DNA of 64,000 nucleotides. Origin: Candidatus Multivoradales bacterium (GTDB lineage Bacteria; Acidobacteriota; Thermoanaerobaculia; Multivoradales; J023). The translations under genes and the position numbers were made by a program. The DNA lies in assembly GCA_965248925.1 (NCBI GenBank), contig CBDFLE010000006.1, positions 3,040,001 through 3,104,000 of the forward strand, in the 5' to 3' direction. The notes beneath the pieces were generated by a model. The model had not been told where the DNA came from. It was given only the letters and a program-made list of their open reading frames with translations, and made no database searches. Each line of letters begins with the position of its first letter. The stretch's first letter is position 1. Below are positions 29,117 through 39,045 of this stretch, piece by piece.

Positions 29117-30594
29117 TGGGTCTGCGCCTACATCAGCTCTTCGAGCATCAGCCGGTCGGTGGACTGCCGCCGGTGGATCCGGTGATCACCGGCATCAGTC
29201 ACGATTCTCGGCGCACTGAGCCCGGCGACCTTTTCGTCGCTATCGTTGGCGAGCAGCACGATGGGCGGCGCTACTCGCGGCAGGCTGCCGCTAGAGGCGC
29301 CGTGGCGGTGCTCGGGCCGGCGCCGGCACCGGCCGGAGTGGAATTGCCGTGGGTCGATAGCGCTCGCCCCCGAGCGTTGCTGGGGCCGCTGGCGGCGCGC
29401 CTTTTCGAGCATCCGGATCGCGAGTTGTTGTTGGCTGGAGTGACCGGCACCAACGGTAAATCCACCGTCGTGGCGCTGCTCGCCGCGATGTTGCAGGCGG
29501 CCGGCCGGCCGGCGGGCCGACTGGGAACCCTGGGCTACGTCTTCCGGGAGCATAGCTATGCCGGCGATTTCACCACCCCGGAAGCGCCGGACCTGTTTCG
29601 CATCCTGCGCCAGATGCGCGATGCCGGCGCTGAAGCGGCGGTGATGGAGGTTTCCTCGCACGCTCTTGAGATGGGGCGGGTGGATGGGGCGCGCTTCGCG
29701 GTGGCGGTGTTCACCAATCTGAGCCGTGACCACCTGGATTTCCACGCCGACATGGAATCTTACTTCGCCGCCAAGCGGCAGCTCTTCGAGCGCCTCGCCA
29801 CCGCTTCGCGTCCGGTCGTCCACTTGGGTAGCGAATATGGGCGCCGGCTGGCCACCGAGTTGGACAATGTGCTGACCTGCGGGGCTGGCGGCGAGGTGCG
29901 AGCCGAGAGAGTTGAATTCAGCATGAGCGGTACCCGCGGGCTGCTGATCTTGCCCAGCGGCACGCTCGAGTTCAGCTCAGCGCTAGTCGGCCGTTTCAAT
30001 CTGGAGAACCTGTTGGCCGCCGCCGCCGCCGCCGAGGCGCTGGCCCTGCCGCACGCCGCCATCGCCAGCGGTATTGCCGCCTGCGCGCCGCTACCAGGGC
30101 GGTTGGAGGTGGTTGCTGAACGGGGTGGATTTACCGCCTTGATCGACTACGCCCACACTCCCGCGGCGCTGGCCGCCGCTTTGGGCTCCTTGCGGGAACT
30201 CGGTGCCGGCCGCATCGTGGTGGTCTTCGGCTGCGGCGGCGAGCGCGACCGTGGCAAGCGGCCGCAGATGGGGCGCGTTGCCGGCGAGCTGGCCGATCGG
30301 GTGCTCCTGACTTCCGACAATCCGCGGGGCGAGGATCCGCTGCAGATCCTGGCCGAGATCCAGGTGGGCGTGGAGCAAGCTGGTAGTGCCAGCTGGGTGC
30401 TGGAATCCGATCGCCGCCGCGCCATCCGCCGGGCGATCGCTGAGGCGGTGGCGGGGGATGTGGTGCTGGTGGCGGGCAAGGGACACGAGAGCGAGATGGT
30501 GCTGGCCGACCGGCGAGTTCCTTTCTCCGACCGGCGGGAGGTCGCTCGCGCCATGGCGACACCGCTGGCACCAGGGGGAGGCGACGATGGTTGA
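29116..30594 (+). CDS. murE: UDP-MurNAc-tripeptide synthetase (meso-DAP type)
   Basis: GVTGTNGKST, TTPE, MEVSSH, DYAHTP, DNPR specificity motif and AGKGHE. Confidence 0.97.
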   Translation: MGLRLHQLFEHQPVGGLPPVDPVITGISHDSRRTEPGDLFVAIVGEQHDGRRYSRQAAARGAVAVLGPAPAPAGVELPWVDSARPRALLGPLAARLFEHPDRELLLAGVTGTNGKSTVVALLAAMLQAAGRPAGRLGTLGYVFREHSYAGDFTTPEAPDLFRILRQMRDAGAEAAVMEVSSHALEMGRVDGARFAVAVFTNLSRDHLDFHADMESYFAAKRQLFERLATASRPVVHLGSEYGRRLATELDNVLTCGAGGEVRAERVEFSMSGTRGLLILPSGTLEFSSALVGRFNLENLLAAAAAAEALALPHAAIASGIAACAPLPGRLEVVAERGGFTALIDYAHTPAALAAALGSLRELGAGRIVVVFGCGGERDRGKRPQMGRVAGELADRVLLTSDNPRGEDPLQILAEIQVGVEQAGSASWVLESDRRRAIRRAIAEAVAGDVVLVAGKGHESEMVLADRRVPFSDRREVARAMATPLAPGGGDDG

Positions 30595-32026
30595 GCGCAG
30601 CCTTGGTTGGGCCAGTGAAGCGATGGCTGGGGAGTTGCGGGGCGGATCGCCCGCGGCCCTCTTCCGCGGCGCCGCGATCGATTCGCGGCGGTTGGTCGGG
30701 GGTGAGTTGTTCTTCGCTTTCGTCGGTGAGCACGTAGATGGTCACGATTACGCCGCCGCCGCTTTGGTCGCTGGTGCTGGCGCGGCGGTGGTCTCGAAGC
30801 AGCCGGCGGGGTCGTTGGCGGGTGCCCTGATCCGGGTCGAGGATACCCAGCAAGCGCTGCACCGGCTCACCCTGGCGGCGCGGCGCGAGGTGCCCGAGAA
30901 GCTGGTGGCGCTCACCGGCTCAGTGGGCAAGACCACCACCAAGGAGATCTTGACCGCGCTGCTGGCCAGTCGCTTCCGGGTCACCAGCAGCGTGGGCAAC
31001 TTCAACAATCTCCTCGGTTTCCCCCTCTCGCTGTTGGCGGTGGAGGACGATTGCCAGTGGATGGTCGCCGAGATGGGCATGTCGGAGCCCGGTGAGTTGG
31101 CCAAGATCAGCCGTTTGGGTCGTCCGGAGGTGGCGCTATTTACCAATGTTCGGCCGGTGCATTTGCAGAACTTCCCCGACTTACGCGGTATCGCCGATGC
31201 CAAGGCTGAGTTGCTCGAAGGCTTGGTCGATGGCGGCCAGGTGATCGCCAATGCCGACGACCCGTGGGTGATGCGGATTGCAGCGCTCCATTCGGGGGAG
31301 GTGATTACCTACGGTCGCAGTGCCAACGCCCAGGTGCGAATCGAAGATCTGCGAATCTTGGACGGCGGCTGTGGCAGTGCTTTCCGCCTCTCGGCCAAGG
31401 GTCAGACGGTGGCGGTGGAACTGCCCCTGCACGGACTTTACAACGCCGAGAACTTCCTCGCTGCTGCGGCCTGCGCGCTGGCGCTCGGAGTAAGCCTCGA
31501 AGCGATCGCCGCGGCGGCTGGTGGGCTCACCGCGGCGGCCCATCGCGGCGAGGTCCACCAGTTGGCGGCCGGCGTTACGTTGATCGACGATGCCTATAAC
31601 TCGAATCCGGATGCTGCCCAACGTGCTCTCGAAAGTGCCCTGGGGCTGCCCGGCAAGCGCTATGTGGCGGTTCTTGGCGACATGTTGGAACTTGGACCGA
31701 CGGCCGCTGAGTTGCACCGTGAACTCGGCCAACGGGCCGTCGAACTGGGTTTTGCCCTGGTTCTCGGGGTCGGTGATCTGGCTGCCGAAATTGTCGCGGG
31801 TGCGGCCGAGAGCCAAGGGCAAAGTCACGGTGAAGGTCACGGTGAGAGTCATCAGTGGAATCACGACGGTGAATATCACCACCTAGTGGATGCCACCAGC
31901 GCCGCCCAGCGGTTGCCGGCTTGGCTGCAAGAGGGCGACGTGGTGTTGGTCAAGGGCTCGCGCGGAGTCGGTCTCGAAGCGGTGGTGACGGCGCTACGGG
32001 CCGCTGGCGAGGGGGGGGGCGGCTGA
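30587..32026 (+). CDS. murF: UDP-MurNAc-pentapeptide synthetase
   Basis: [33 protein letters not shown] and VKGSRG. Confidence 0.97.
   Translation: MVERSLGWASEAMAGELRGGSPAALFRGAAIDSRRLVGGELFFAFVGEHVDGHDYAAAALVAGAGAAVVSKQPAGSLAGALIRVEDTQQALHRLTLAARREVPEKLVALTGSVGKTTTKEILTALLASRFRVTSSVGNFNNLLGFPLSLLAVEDDCQWMVAEMGMSEPGELAKISRLGRPEVALFTNVRPVHLQNFPDLRGIADAKAELLEGLVDGGQVIANADDPWVMRIAALHSGEVITYGRSANAQVRIEDLRILDGGCGSAFRLSAKGQTVAVELPLHGLYNAENFLAAAACALALGVSLEAIAAAAGGLTAAAHRGEVHQLAAGVTLIDDAYNSNPDAAQRALESALGLPGKRYVAVLGDMLELGPTAAELHRELGQRAVELGFALVLGVGDLAAEIVAGAAESQGQSHGEGHGESHQWNHDGEYHHLVDATSAAQRLPAWLQEGDVVLVKGSRGVGLEAVVTALRAAGEGGGG
31811..31883 (+). repeat. Degenerate 12-bp in-frame repeats encoding a His-rich insertion in MurF
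   Basis: AGCCAAGGGCAA/AGTCACGGTGAA/GGTCACGGTGAG/AGTCATCAGTGG/AATCACGACGGTGAA encodes [24 protein letters not shown]. Confidence 0.75.
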
Positions 32027-33111
32027 TGCTCTACCACTTGCTCTATCCGCTGCGTGGCGAGCTGGGACTGTTCAACGTCTTTGGCTACATCACTTTCCGC
32101 ACCGCTGCCGCGGTGGTCACGGCCTTGCTCTTCTCATTGCTGCTGGGGCCGTGGTTCATCCGCACCTTGCGCCGCCTGTCGGTGGGTCAGAACATCCGCG
32201 ACGTGGGCCCGGAATCGCACCTGGTCAAGGCGGGCACGCCGACCATGGGCGGCCTGTTGATCCTCTCGGCGCTGTTGCTCGGCACGTTGCTGTGGGCCGA
32301 TCTGACCAATCCCTATGTCTGGTTGGTCACCGGCGTGACGGTGGCTTTTGGTGCGATCGGCTTCTACGACGACTTCATCAAGGTGCGCAAGAAGCGCAAT
32401 CTGGGCCTGACCTCGCGCGCTAAGTTCTTGGCTCAGGCGGTGGTTGGGCTGACTATCGGCGCACTGCTGCTGAACCTGGCCGAGCCTTGGGCCTTCGAGC
32501 CCGAACTCACTTTCCCCTTCTTCAAGCACTTGGTGTTACCCCTGGGCTTGCTCTACGTGCCCTTCATCGCCTTCTTGCTGACCGGCGCCTCGAATGCGGT
32601 CAATCTGACTGACGGCCTCGATGGCCTGGCGATTGGCACTACCTTGGTGGCTGCCGCCACCTACGCCATTTTCACTTATGCCGCCGGTAATAAGGTGATC
32701 GCCGATTACCTGCAAATCTCCTTTGAGCCCGGTCTCGGCGAAGTCACCATTTTCTGTGGTGCGCTGGTTGGCGCTAGCCTGGGTTTCTTGTGGTTCAACA
32801 GTCATCCGGCGGAAGTCTTCATGGGCGATGTCGGCTCGTTGGCCTTGGGTGGCGGCATCGGCATGGTGGCGGTGCTGGCCAAGCAAGAGCTGTTGCTGGC
32901 GGTAGTGGGCGGCATCTTCGTGCTCGAAGCGCTGTCGGTGATCATCCAGGTGGGTTCGTTCAAGCTCACCGGCAAGCGGGTCTTCCGCATGGCGCCGTTG
33001 CATCACCATTTCGAACTCAAGGGTTGGTCCGAGCCGAAGATCATTGTCCGTTTCTGGATCTTGGCGATCCTCTTTGCCCTGGTCAGCCTGTCGACTTTGA
33101 AGTTGCGCTAG
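32026..33111 (+). CDS. mraY: Phospho-N-acetylmuramoyl-pentapeptide transferase
   Basis: [30 protein letters not shown] and MAPLHHHFE. Confidence 0.98.
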   Translation: MLYHLLYPLRGELGLFNVFGYITFRTAAAVVTALLFSLLLGPWFIRTLRRLSVGQNIRDVGPESHLVKAGTPTMGGLLILSALLLGTLLWADLTNPYVWLVTGVTVAFGAIGFYDDFIKVRKKRNLGLTSRAKFLAQAVVGLTIGALLLNLAEPWAFEPELTFPFFKHLVLPLGLLYVPFIAFLLTGASNAVNLTDGLDGLAIGTTLVAAATYAIFTYAAGNKVIADYLQISFEPGLGEVTIFCGALVGASLGFLWFNSHPAEVFMGDVGSLALGGGIGMVAVLAKQELLLAVVGGIFVLEALSVIIQVGSFKLTGKRVFRMAPLHHHFELKGWSEPKIIVRFWILAILFALVSLSTLKLR

Positions 33112-33124
33112 GGGGGATGGGGTG

Positions 33125-34522
33125 ATGCAAGTGCCATGGAGTGAGCAAGGTTGGCGGCGGGCGGCGGTCTACGGCCTGGGCCTGTCGGGGCGGGCAGCGG
33201 CGGCTTTGCTGCGCTCGCGCGGGGTCGAGGTGGTGGCCTTTGATGCTCGCCCGGCGAGCGCGCTGGACCTCCAGCCGCTGGCCGCCGATGCGGGCGTCGA
33301 GCTGCGACTCGGTGCCGAGCCTGATTGTCTGCCGGCCGATTTGGACGGCGTAGTCACCAGTCCTGGAGTACCTTTTGATCAACCGCTGCTCGAATTGGCT
33401 CGGCGTCGCGGGTTGCCGGTAGTGGCCGAGGTCGAGCTAGCCTTTGCGCTGCTCGACGGCGAGGTGGTGGCGATCACCGGTTCGAACGGCAAGAGCACGA
33501 CGACCGCCTTGACTGGCGAGATCCTGCGCCGTGCCGGCCACCGCGTAGAGGTGTGTGGCAACATCGGCCGACCGTTGGCGGCAGCGGTCGAGGGACCAGC
33601 CGGTCGGGTGTTCGTGGTCGAGCTGTCGAGCTTCCAGCTAGAGGCGGTCAGCCACTTCCGACCGCGGGCGGCGGCGCTGCTGAATCTTTCCGCTGATCAC
33701 CTCGATCGGCACGGCGATATGGCGAGCTATTTGGCCGCCAAGCAGCGCATTTTCCAGCGTCAGGGCGCTGGCGATATAGCGGTGCTGGGTGGCGACGACC
33801 CACAGATTGCCGCCATGGCGCTGCCGGCGGGGGTCAGGCGCCGCACCTTTGCTTGCCAGGCTGAAGTCGAAGACGGCTGCCGACTACTGGGTGGTCGGGT
33901 GCTCGAAGAGCAGCCCGACGGCGAGGCGATGGAGTTGTTCCGCAGCGCGGATTTGCGTCTGGTGGGTCGACACAATCTCGAGAATGCGATGGCGGCGGCA
34001 CTGCTGGCGCGGGCTGTCGATACCGAGCCGGCGGCAATCGCTGGCGGCATACGGGCCTTCAGCGGTTTGCCGCATCGCCTGCAGTGGGTGGCCGAGCGGC
34101 GGGGAGTGCCCTGGTTCGACGATTCCAAGGGAACCAATCCGGGGGCAACTGCTCGTTCGCTGGAAGACTTCGCAGACGGCAGCGTGCACCTCATCTTGGG
34201 AGGGCGCAACAAAGGTGCCGATTTCTCTTCCCTGCGCTCCTTGGTGGCGCAGAAGGCGCGCCGGGTCTATCTGATCGGCGAAGCGGCGGTTGAGTTGGCC
34301 GCGGCTCTGGGCTCGGCTTCGGCAGCAGCACTACCGTTGGAGAAGGTGGCTACTTTGCAGCGCGCGGTGGCCTCGGCGGCCAAACGGGCGGTGGTGGGCG
34401 AGGTGGTAGTGCTGTCGCCGGCTTGCGCCAGTTTCGACCAGTTTCGCAGTTTCGGCGAGCGTGGCGAGACCTTTCAACGCCTGGTGCGCGAGCTTGGCGA
34501 GGGAGGTGGCGATGGCGCGTAA
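33125..34522 (+). CDS. murD: UDP-MurNAc-L-Ala:D-Glu ligase
   Basis: GLGLSG, ITGSNGKSTT, ELSSFQL, DHLDRH, DDSKGTN and SPACASFD. Confidence 0.97.
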   Translation: MQVPWSEQGWRRAAVYGLGLSGRAAAALLRSRGVEVVAFDARPASALDLQPLAADAGVELRLGAEPDCLPADLDGVVTSPGVPFDQPLLELARRRGLPVVAEVELAFALLDGEVVAITGSNGKSTTTALTGEILRRAGHRVEVCGNIGRPLAAAVEGPAGRVFVVELSSFQLEAVSHFRPRAAALLNLSADHLDRHGDMASYLAAKQRIFQRQGAGDIAVLGGDDPQIAAMALPAGVRRRTFACQAEVEDGCRLLGGRVLEEQPDGEAMELFRSADLRLVGRHNLENAMAAALLARAVDTEPAAIAGGIRAFSGLPHRLQWVAERRGVPWFDDSKGTNPGATARSLEDFADGSVHLILGGRNKGADFSSLRSLVAQKARRVYLIGEAAVELAAALGSASAAALPLEKVATLQRAVASAAKRAVVGEVVVLSPACASFDQFRSFGERGETFQRLVRELGEGGGDGA

Positions 34523-35600
34523 GCTGGCTTTTGACCGCTATCTCTTCGCGGTCGTTCTGATGCTGGTGATCCTCGGCCTGGTGATGGTCTATTCGGCTAG
34601 CGCGGTGCTGGCTCAGGCCAAGGGATATAGCGTCAATCTATTCTTCGTCAAGCAGGTGTTGGCGGCGGTGGTCGGCCTGGTGGCGATGCTGGCGGTGATG
34701 CATGTGGACTACCGCTGGTTGCGGCGGCCAGCGGTGGCTTACGTCTTGGTGGGCGGAGCCTTGGTGTTGCTGGTGGCGGTGCTCTTCGCTCCGGCGCTCA
34801 ACAATTCGCGACGTTGGTTTTATTTTGGCGGCTTGTCGATCCAGCCCTCCGAACTGGCCAAGTTAGCCCTGGTGATCTACATCGCCTACCAGATCGACCG
34901 TAAGCGCGAGCACGGCCAGAGCTATGCCTTCTTGGTGCCGTCAGTGGTGATGACGGCTTTGATGGCCTCCTTGATCTTGCTCGGCCGAGATCTGGGTACC
35001 ACCGTGCTGTTGGCGACGCCGGCGGCGCTGATGGTCTTCCTCGCGGGCATCTCTTGGCGCTATCTGGCGGCCGGGGGCTTGATCATGCTGCCCTTGGCGG
35101 TGGTCGGGGTGTGGATCGAGCCCTACCGCTTTAAGCGGCTGACCTCGTTCCTCGATCCCCAGGCCGACCCCTTGGGCAGTGGTTTCCAGCTGCTGCAGTC
35201 GCTGATCGCCATCGGCTCTGGCGGGGTCTTTGGCCTCGGGCCCGGCAAGAGCTTGCAGAAGCTCTATTTTCTGCCCTCACCGCATGCCGATTTCATCTAC
35301 GCCATCGTCGCCGAAGAACTCGGCCTGATCGGCGCCGTCACCGTGTTGGCGTTGGTGGCGATCTTGCTGTGGCGGGGGGTGCTGGCGGGGCTGAATGCAC
35401 CGGATGTCTTCGGCCGCTACTTGGCTTGGGGGCTGACTGGATTGATCTCGATCCAGTCGCTGGTTCACATCAGTGTGGCGCTGGGTTTGCTGCCCTCGAC
35501 CGGAGTGCCCTTGCCCTTCATCTCCCACGGCGGCTCGTCGCTGGTTACCTCGTTGGTGGCTTGCGGTCTGGTGCTCAACGTCTCGCAGCATGGACGATGA
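34512..35600 (+). CDS. ftsW: Peptidoglycan polymerase FtsW
   Basis: MVYSAS, IQPSELAK, HADFI, EELG and GVPLPFISHGGSS. Confidence 0.96.
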   Translation: MARKLAFDRYLFAVVLMLVILGLVMVYSASAVLAQAKGYSVNLFFVKQVLAAVVGLVAMLAVMHVDYRWLRRPAVAYVLVGGALVLLVAVLFAPALNNSRRWFYFGGLSIQPSELAKLALVIYIAYQIDRKREHGQSYAFLVPSVVMTALMASLILLGRDLGTTVLLATPAALMVFLAGISWRYLAAGGLIMLPLAVVGVWIEPYRFKRLTSFLDPQADPLGSGFQLLQSLIAIGSGGVFGLGPGKSLQKLYFLPSPHADFIYAIVAEELGLIGAVTVLALVAILLWRGVLAGLNAPDVFGRYLAWGLTGLISIQSLVHISVALGLLPSTGVPLPFISHGGSSLVTSLVACGLVLNVSQHGR

Positions 35601-36712
35601 AGATGGGCGATAGGGGAAGTACAAGGTTTGTCCGCGGTACCGTGCTGATCAGTGGTGGCGGCAGCGGCGGTCACGTTTTTCCCGGCTTGGCGGTGGCGGC
35701 GGCGCTCGCGCGTCGTGGCTGGGCGGTGAGCTGGGCCGGCGCCCAGAACGGCATGGAGAGCCGCCTGGTGCGGGAGCAGGGATTGGAGTTCCACCCTTTG
35801 GCTGCCCGGCCAGTTGTGGGACGCGGTTTGCTGGGCAAAGCGGCAGCGGTTCTCACCCTGCTGCGCTCTGCCTTGAGCGCTCGATCATTGGTGCGCCGCC
35901 TGGGTGCCCGCCTGGTGGTGGGTACCGGTGGCTATGTCTCGGCCCCAGCTGTGCTCGGTGCCCGGTTGGCGAGACGTCCAGCTTTGTTGGTGGAGCCCAA
36001 CGCCGAGCCTGGCCTGGCCAATCGTTGGTTGTCACGCTTGGCGACCGCGGCGGCGGTGGCTTTGCCGTCGACCGCGGAGCATTTGCATTGTCCGGCGGAG
36101 GTCTGCGGTGTGCCGGTGCGCTCGGCCTTTTTTGAGGTCGCGGCCGAGCCGCCCGCCTCCGGGCCGTGGCGTTTGTTGGTGTTGGGTGGCAGCCAGGGCG
36201 CAGCGCAGCTCAATGAGCTGGTGCCAGCAGCCTTGGTGGCGCTGGCGCAGCGTGGTCTCGAGTTTCAAGTCCTGCATCAAGCGGGCCGCGGCAAGGATCT
36301 GGCGACGCGCCAAGCCTACGTTGAGCAGGGAGTCGAGGAGCAGGTGGTGGTCGAGGCCTTTCTCGACGATGTCGCCGCCGCCATGGGCAACAGCCACCTG
36401 GTGATTTCTCGTGCTGGAGCGATCACCCTGGCGGAGATCTGTGCCGCCGGTCGAGCCGCCGTTTTGGTGCCTTTGGCTGCCGCTGCTGGCAGCCATCAGG
36501 TGGTCAATGCGGAGCGCTTGGCGGCCACTGGCGCTGCCCGCGCGTTGGGCCCCGGAGCGGCTACCGTGGAAGCGCTCACCGCCAGCCTTGCCGAGATTTT
36601 TGGCGACCCGCCGCGGTTGCAGCGGATGGCCGCCGCGGCGAGTTCCTTGGCTCGTATCAATGCCGCGGAGCGCATTGCCGATCAGGCCGAGCGGCTGGGG
36701 GGGCGGGACTGA
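35597..36712 (+). CDS. murG: Lipid II GlcNAc transferase
   Basis: GGGSGGHVFPG, GTGGYVS, GGSQGA, SRAGA and HQVVNA. Confidence 0.96.
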   Translation: MKMGDRGSTRFVRGTVLISGGGSGGHVFPGLAVAAALARRGWAVSWAGAQNGMESRLVREQGLEFHPLAARPVVGRGLLGKAAAVLTLLRSALSARSLVRRLGARLVVGTGGYVSAPAVLGARLARRPALLVEPNAEPGLANRWLSRLATAAAVALPSTAEHLHCPAEVCGVPVRSAFFEVAAEPPASGPWRLLVLGGSQGAAQLNELVPAALVALAQRGLEFQVLHQAGRGKDLATRQAYVEQGVEEQVVVEAFLDDVAAAMGNSHLVISRAGAITLAEICAAGRAAVLVPLAAAAGSHQVVNAERLAATGAARALGPGAATVEALTASLAEIFGDPPRLQRMAAAASSLARINAAERIADQAERLGGRD

Positions 36713-38106
36713 TGTTTCGTCGCTTCGCTGGCCTTCAGCACGTGCATTTCATCGGCATCGGTGGTGTGGGCATGAGTGGTATCGCCGAGGTTCTGTTGAG
36801 CTACGACTTCAAAGTCAGTGGCTGTGATCAGGCGATCGGCGCCGCTGCTCGGCGGCTTCGTAAGTTGGGTGTCGAGGTCGTAGAAGGGCACGGCGCTGAT
36901 CATCTGCACGGTGTTGACCTGGTGGTCAAGTCTTCGGCGGTGGCAGACGACAATCCGGAGATTCTAGCTGCCCGCGAACGCGGTATCACCGTCGTGCGAC
37001 GGGCCGAGATGCTAGGCGAGTTGATGCGTTTGAAGTACGGCATCGCGGTGGCCGGCAGCCATGGCAAGACCACCACCACCTCATTGATCGGCCACCTGAT
37101 GGTCGAGGCGGATCTCGATCCGACGGTGATCGTCGGCGGCCGGATGCAGGTTTCGGGCACTGGCGCACGGGTGGGCCGCAGCGAATTTCTGGTCGCTGAA
37201 GCTGACGAATACGATCGTAGCTTCTTGCGACTGATGCCGATTCTGGCGGTGGTGACCTCGATCGATCGCGATCATTTGGACACCTACGGCGACCTGCAAG
37301 CAATCTGCGAGGCTTTCGTCGATTTCGCCGAGCGAGTGCCCTTCTTTGGCAAGATCATCCTCTGCCTGGATGACGCCAACATCCAGCGCTTGCTGCCCCG
37401 GCTGGCCGCCGAGCATCGGGTGATGACTTACGGACTGACTCCGCAGGCGGAGCTCAGCGCGGCGAATTTGCGTGCCTCGCCAGCGGGCTGTCGGTTCGAA
37501 GTAGAACTCGCTGGTGAGGGTCGATTGGGGGAGATCACCTTGCCGATGCCAGGCCGGCACAACGTGCAGAACGCGCTGGCGGCGGTGGCAGTAGGTTTGT
37601 CCCTCGGTCTGGCGATCAAGGATATTGCCGAGGGCCTGTCGAATTTTGGTGGTGTGCATCGCCGTTTCGAGCGGGTTGGCGACTGGCGCGGCGCGGCGGT
37701 GATCGACGATTATGCCCACCACCCGACCGAGGTCGCGGCGACTTTGCAGGCGGCTCACCAAGCCTTTCCGGAAGGGCGGATCTTCGCCATTTTTCAGCCT
37801 CATTTGTTCTCTCGCACGCGTGATTTGGCGGCAGACTTTGGACGTTCGTTGATGGGCGCGGATCGGGCCATCGTCACCTCGATTTACCCCTCGCGAGAGC
37901 AGCCCATCGCAGGCGTGAGCGGTCTCGATGTGGTGCGGGCTGCCCGCGACTCAGGCCACCGGCGGGTGGACTATTGCGAAGACTGGCGGCAAGTGGATCA
38001 GTATCTCGGTGCCGAGGTTGCCAGCGGTGATGTAGTGCTCACCCTAGGTGCCGGCGACATCGTTCGCTTGGCGCGGCGCCTGGTGGCGGCGGAGGCAGAG
38101 GTTTGA
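36712..38106 (+). CDS. murC: UDP-MurNAc:L-Ala ligase
   Basis: HFIGIGGVGMSGIA, GSHGKTTTT, EADEYD, DDYAHHPTE and FQPH. Confidence 0.98.
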   Translation: MFRRFAGLQHVHFIGIGGVGMSGIAEVLLSYDFKVSGCDQAIGAAARRLRKLGVEVVEGHGADHLHGVDLVVKSSAVADDNPEILAARERGITVVRRAEMLGELMRLKYGIAVAGSHGKTTTTSLIGHLMVEADLDPTVIVGGRMQVSGTGARVGRSEFLVAEADEYDRSFLRLMPILAVVTSIDRDHLDTYGDLQAICEAFVDFAERVPFFGKIILCLDDANIQRLLPRLAAEHRVMTYGLTPQAELSAANLRASPAGCRFEVELAGEGRLGEITLPMPGRHNVQNALAAVAVGLSLGLAIKDIAEGLSNFGGVHRRFERVGDWRGAAVIDDYAHHPTEVAATLQAAHQAFPEGRIFAIFQPHLFSRTRDLAADFGRSLMGADRAIVTSIYPSREQPIAGVSGLDVVRAARDSGHRRVDYCEDWRQVDQYLGAEVASGDVVLTLGAGDIVRLARRLVAAEAEV

Positions 38107-39023
38107 AGGGGCCGGGAAAAGGCGACCTGTCGCAGGCCTTTCTGCGCGGCCGGAGCTCGCGGCGGCGACTCGGCTCGCAGGCTGTTGAGCGCCCCACCAG
38201 CGCCGGCGGCATCGTGCCGCCAGGAGCGGTGGCGGTCGACAATGTGGTGCCTTTCAAACGTCGCCGAGGCCCGCGCCAGCGCCGCCAGCGCCGCCATCCG
38301 CTGATGCGGTTGTTGCGGCCGTTGGCGGGTGCGGTCGCCTTGGTGGGAACACCACTGGCCCTGGCGTTGTGCTTGCTGTGGGCGCCGCAGCTGGCCTTGG
38401 CCGAGGTGGAGACTCACGGTGGGGCGCGGGTGTCGGCCGTTTGGGTAGATCAGGTGCTGCAGCCAGAGTTGGGTAAGAGCCTGCTGTTGTTGCCCTTGGA
38501 ACGGGTGGCCGGCCAGCTGCACGAGCATCCTTGGGTGGATTCGGTGGCGTTGCGCAAGCGCCTGCCGCGGACCCTGGTGGTGAGGATCGAAGAAAGGCGG
38601 GCGGTAGCGCTGGTGCGCCAAGGCCATGACCTAGCCTTCCTCGACCGCCAAGGGCAGCCGATCGCCCCCTTCGACCCCCGCTTGGGGTCGTCGGATTTGC
38701 CGCTGGTGACCCGCTCCAAATCGGCGGCCACCGACTTGCGCCATGCCCTCGACATGGTCGAAGAGATTGGCCGAGTACGGCCCGATTGGGGCGCCGGGTT
38801 GTCGGAGGTCGAAGTGCTCGGCGAAGAGGATTTTAGGGTGTTTACCGACAGCTTGCCCTTTCCGCTGTTGGTGAAGACTGGTGATTTTGAATCCAAGGCT
38901 CGCCGCTTGGAGACCCTGTTGCCGCAGATTGTCGAGCGCTACGGCTCGGTGGCGGCCCTCGATCTCCGTTTTGAGCGGCGGATCATTTTGCAACCTTCTG
39001 CCCGTCGGCGACGGGACGGCTGA
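38103..39023 (+). CDS. ftsQ: Cell division protein FtsQ/DivIB
   Basis: Basic N-terminus, TM segment, POTRA-like HPWVDSVALRKRLPRTLVVRIEER and DLRF; start uncertain. Confidence 0.88.
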   Translation: MKGPGKGDLSQAFLRGRSSRRRLGSQAVERPTSAGGIVPPGAVAVDNVVPFKRRRGPRQRRQRRHPLMRLLRPLAGAVALVGTPLALALCLLWAPQLALAEVETHGGARVSAVWVDQVLQPELGKSLLLLPLERVAGQLHEHPWVDSVALRKRLPRTLVVRIEERRAVALVRQGHDLAFLDRQGQPIAPFDPRLGSSDLPLVTRSKSAATDLRHALDMVEEIGRVRPDWGAGLSEVEVLGEEDFRVFTDSLPFPLLVKTGDFESKARRLETLLPQIVERYGSVAALDLRFERRIILQPSARRRRDG

Positions 39024-39045
39024 TGGACGGAAGAGGAGACTAACC

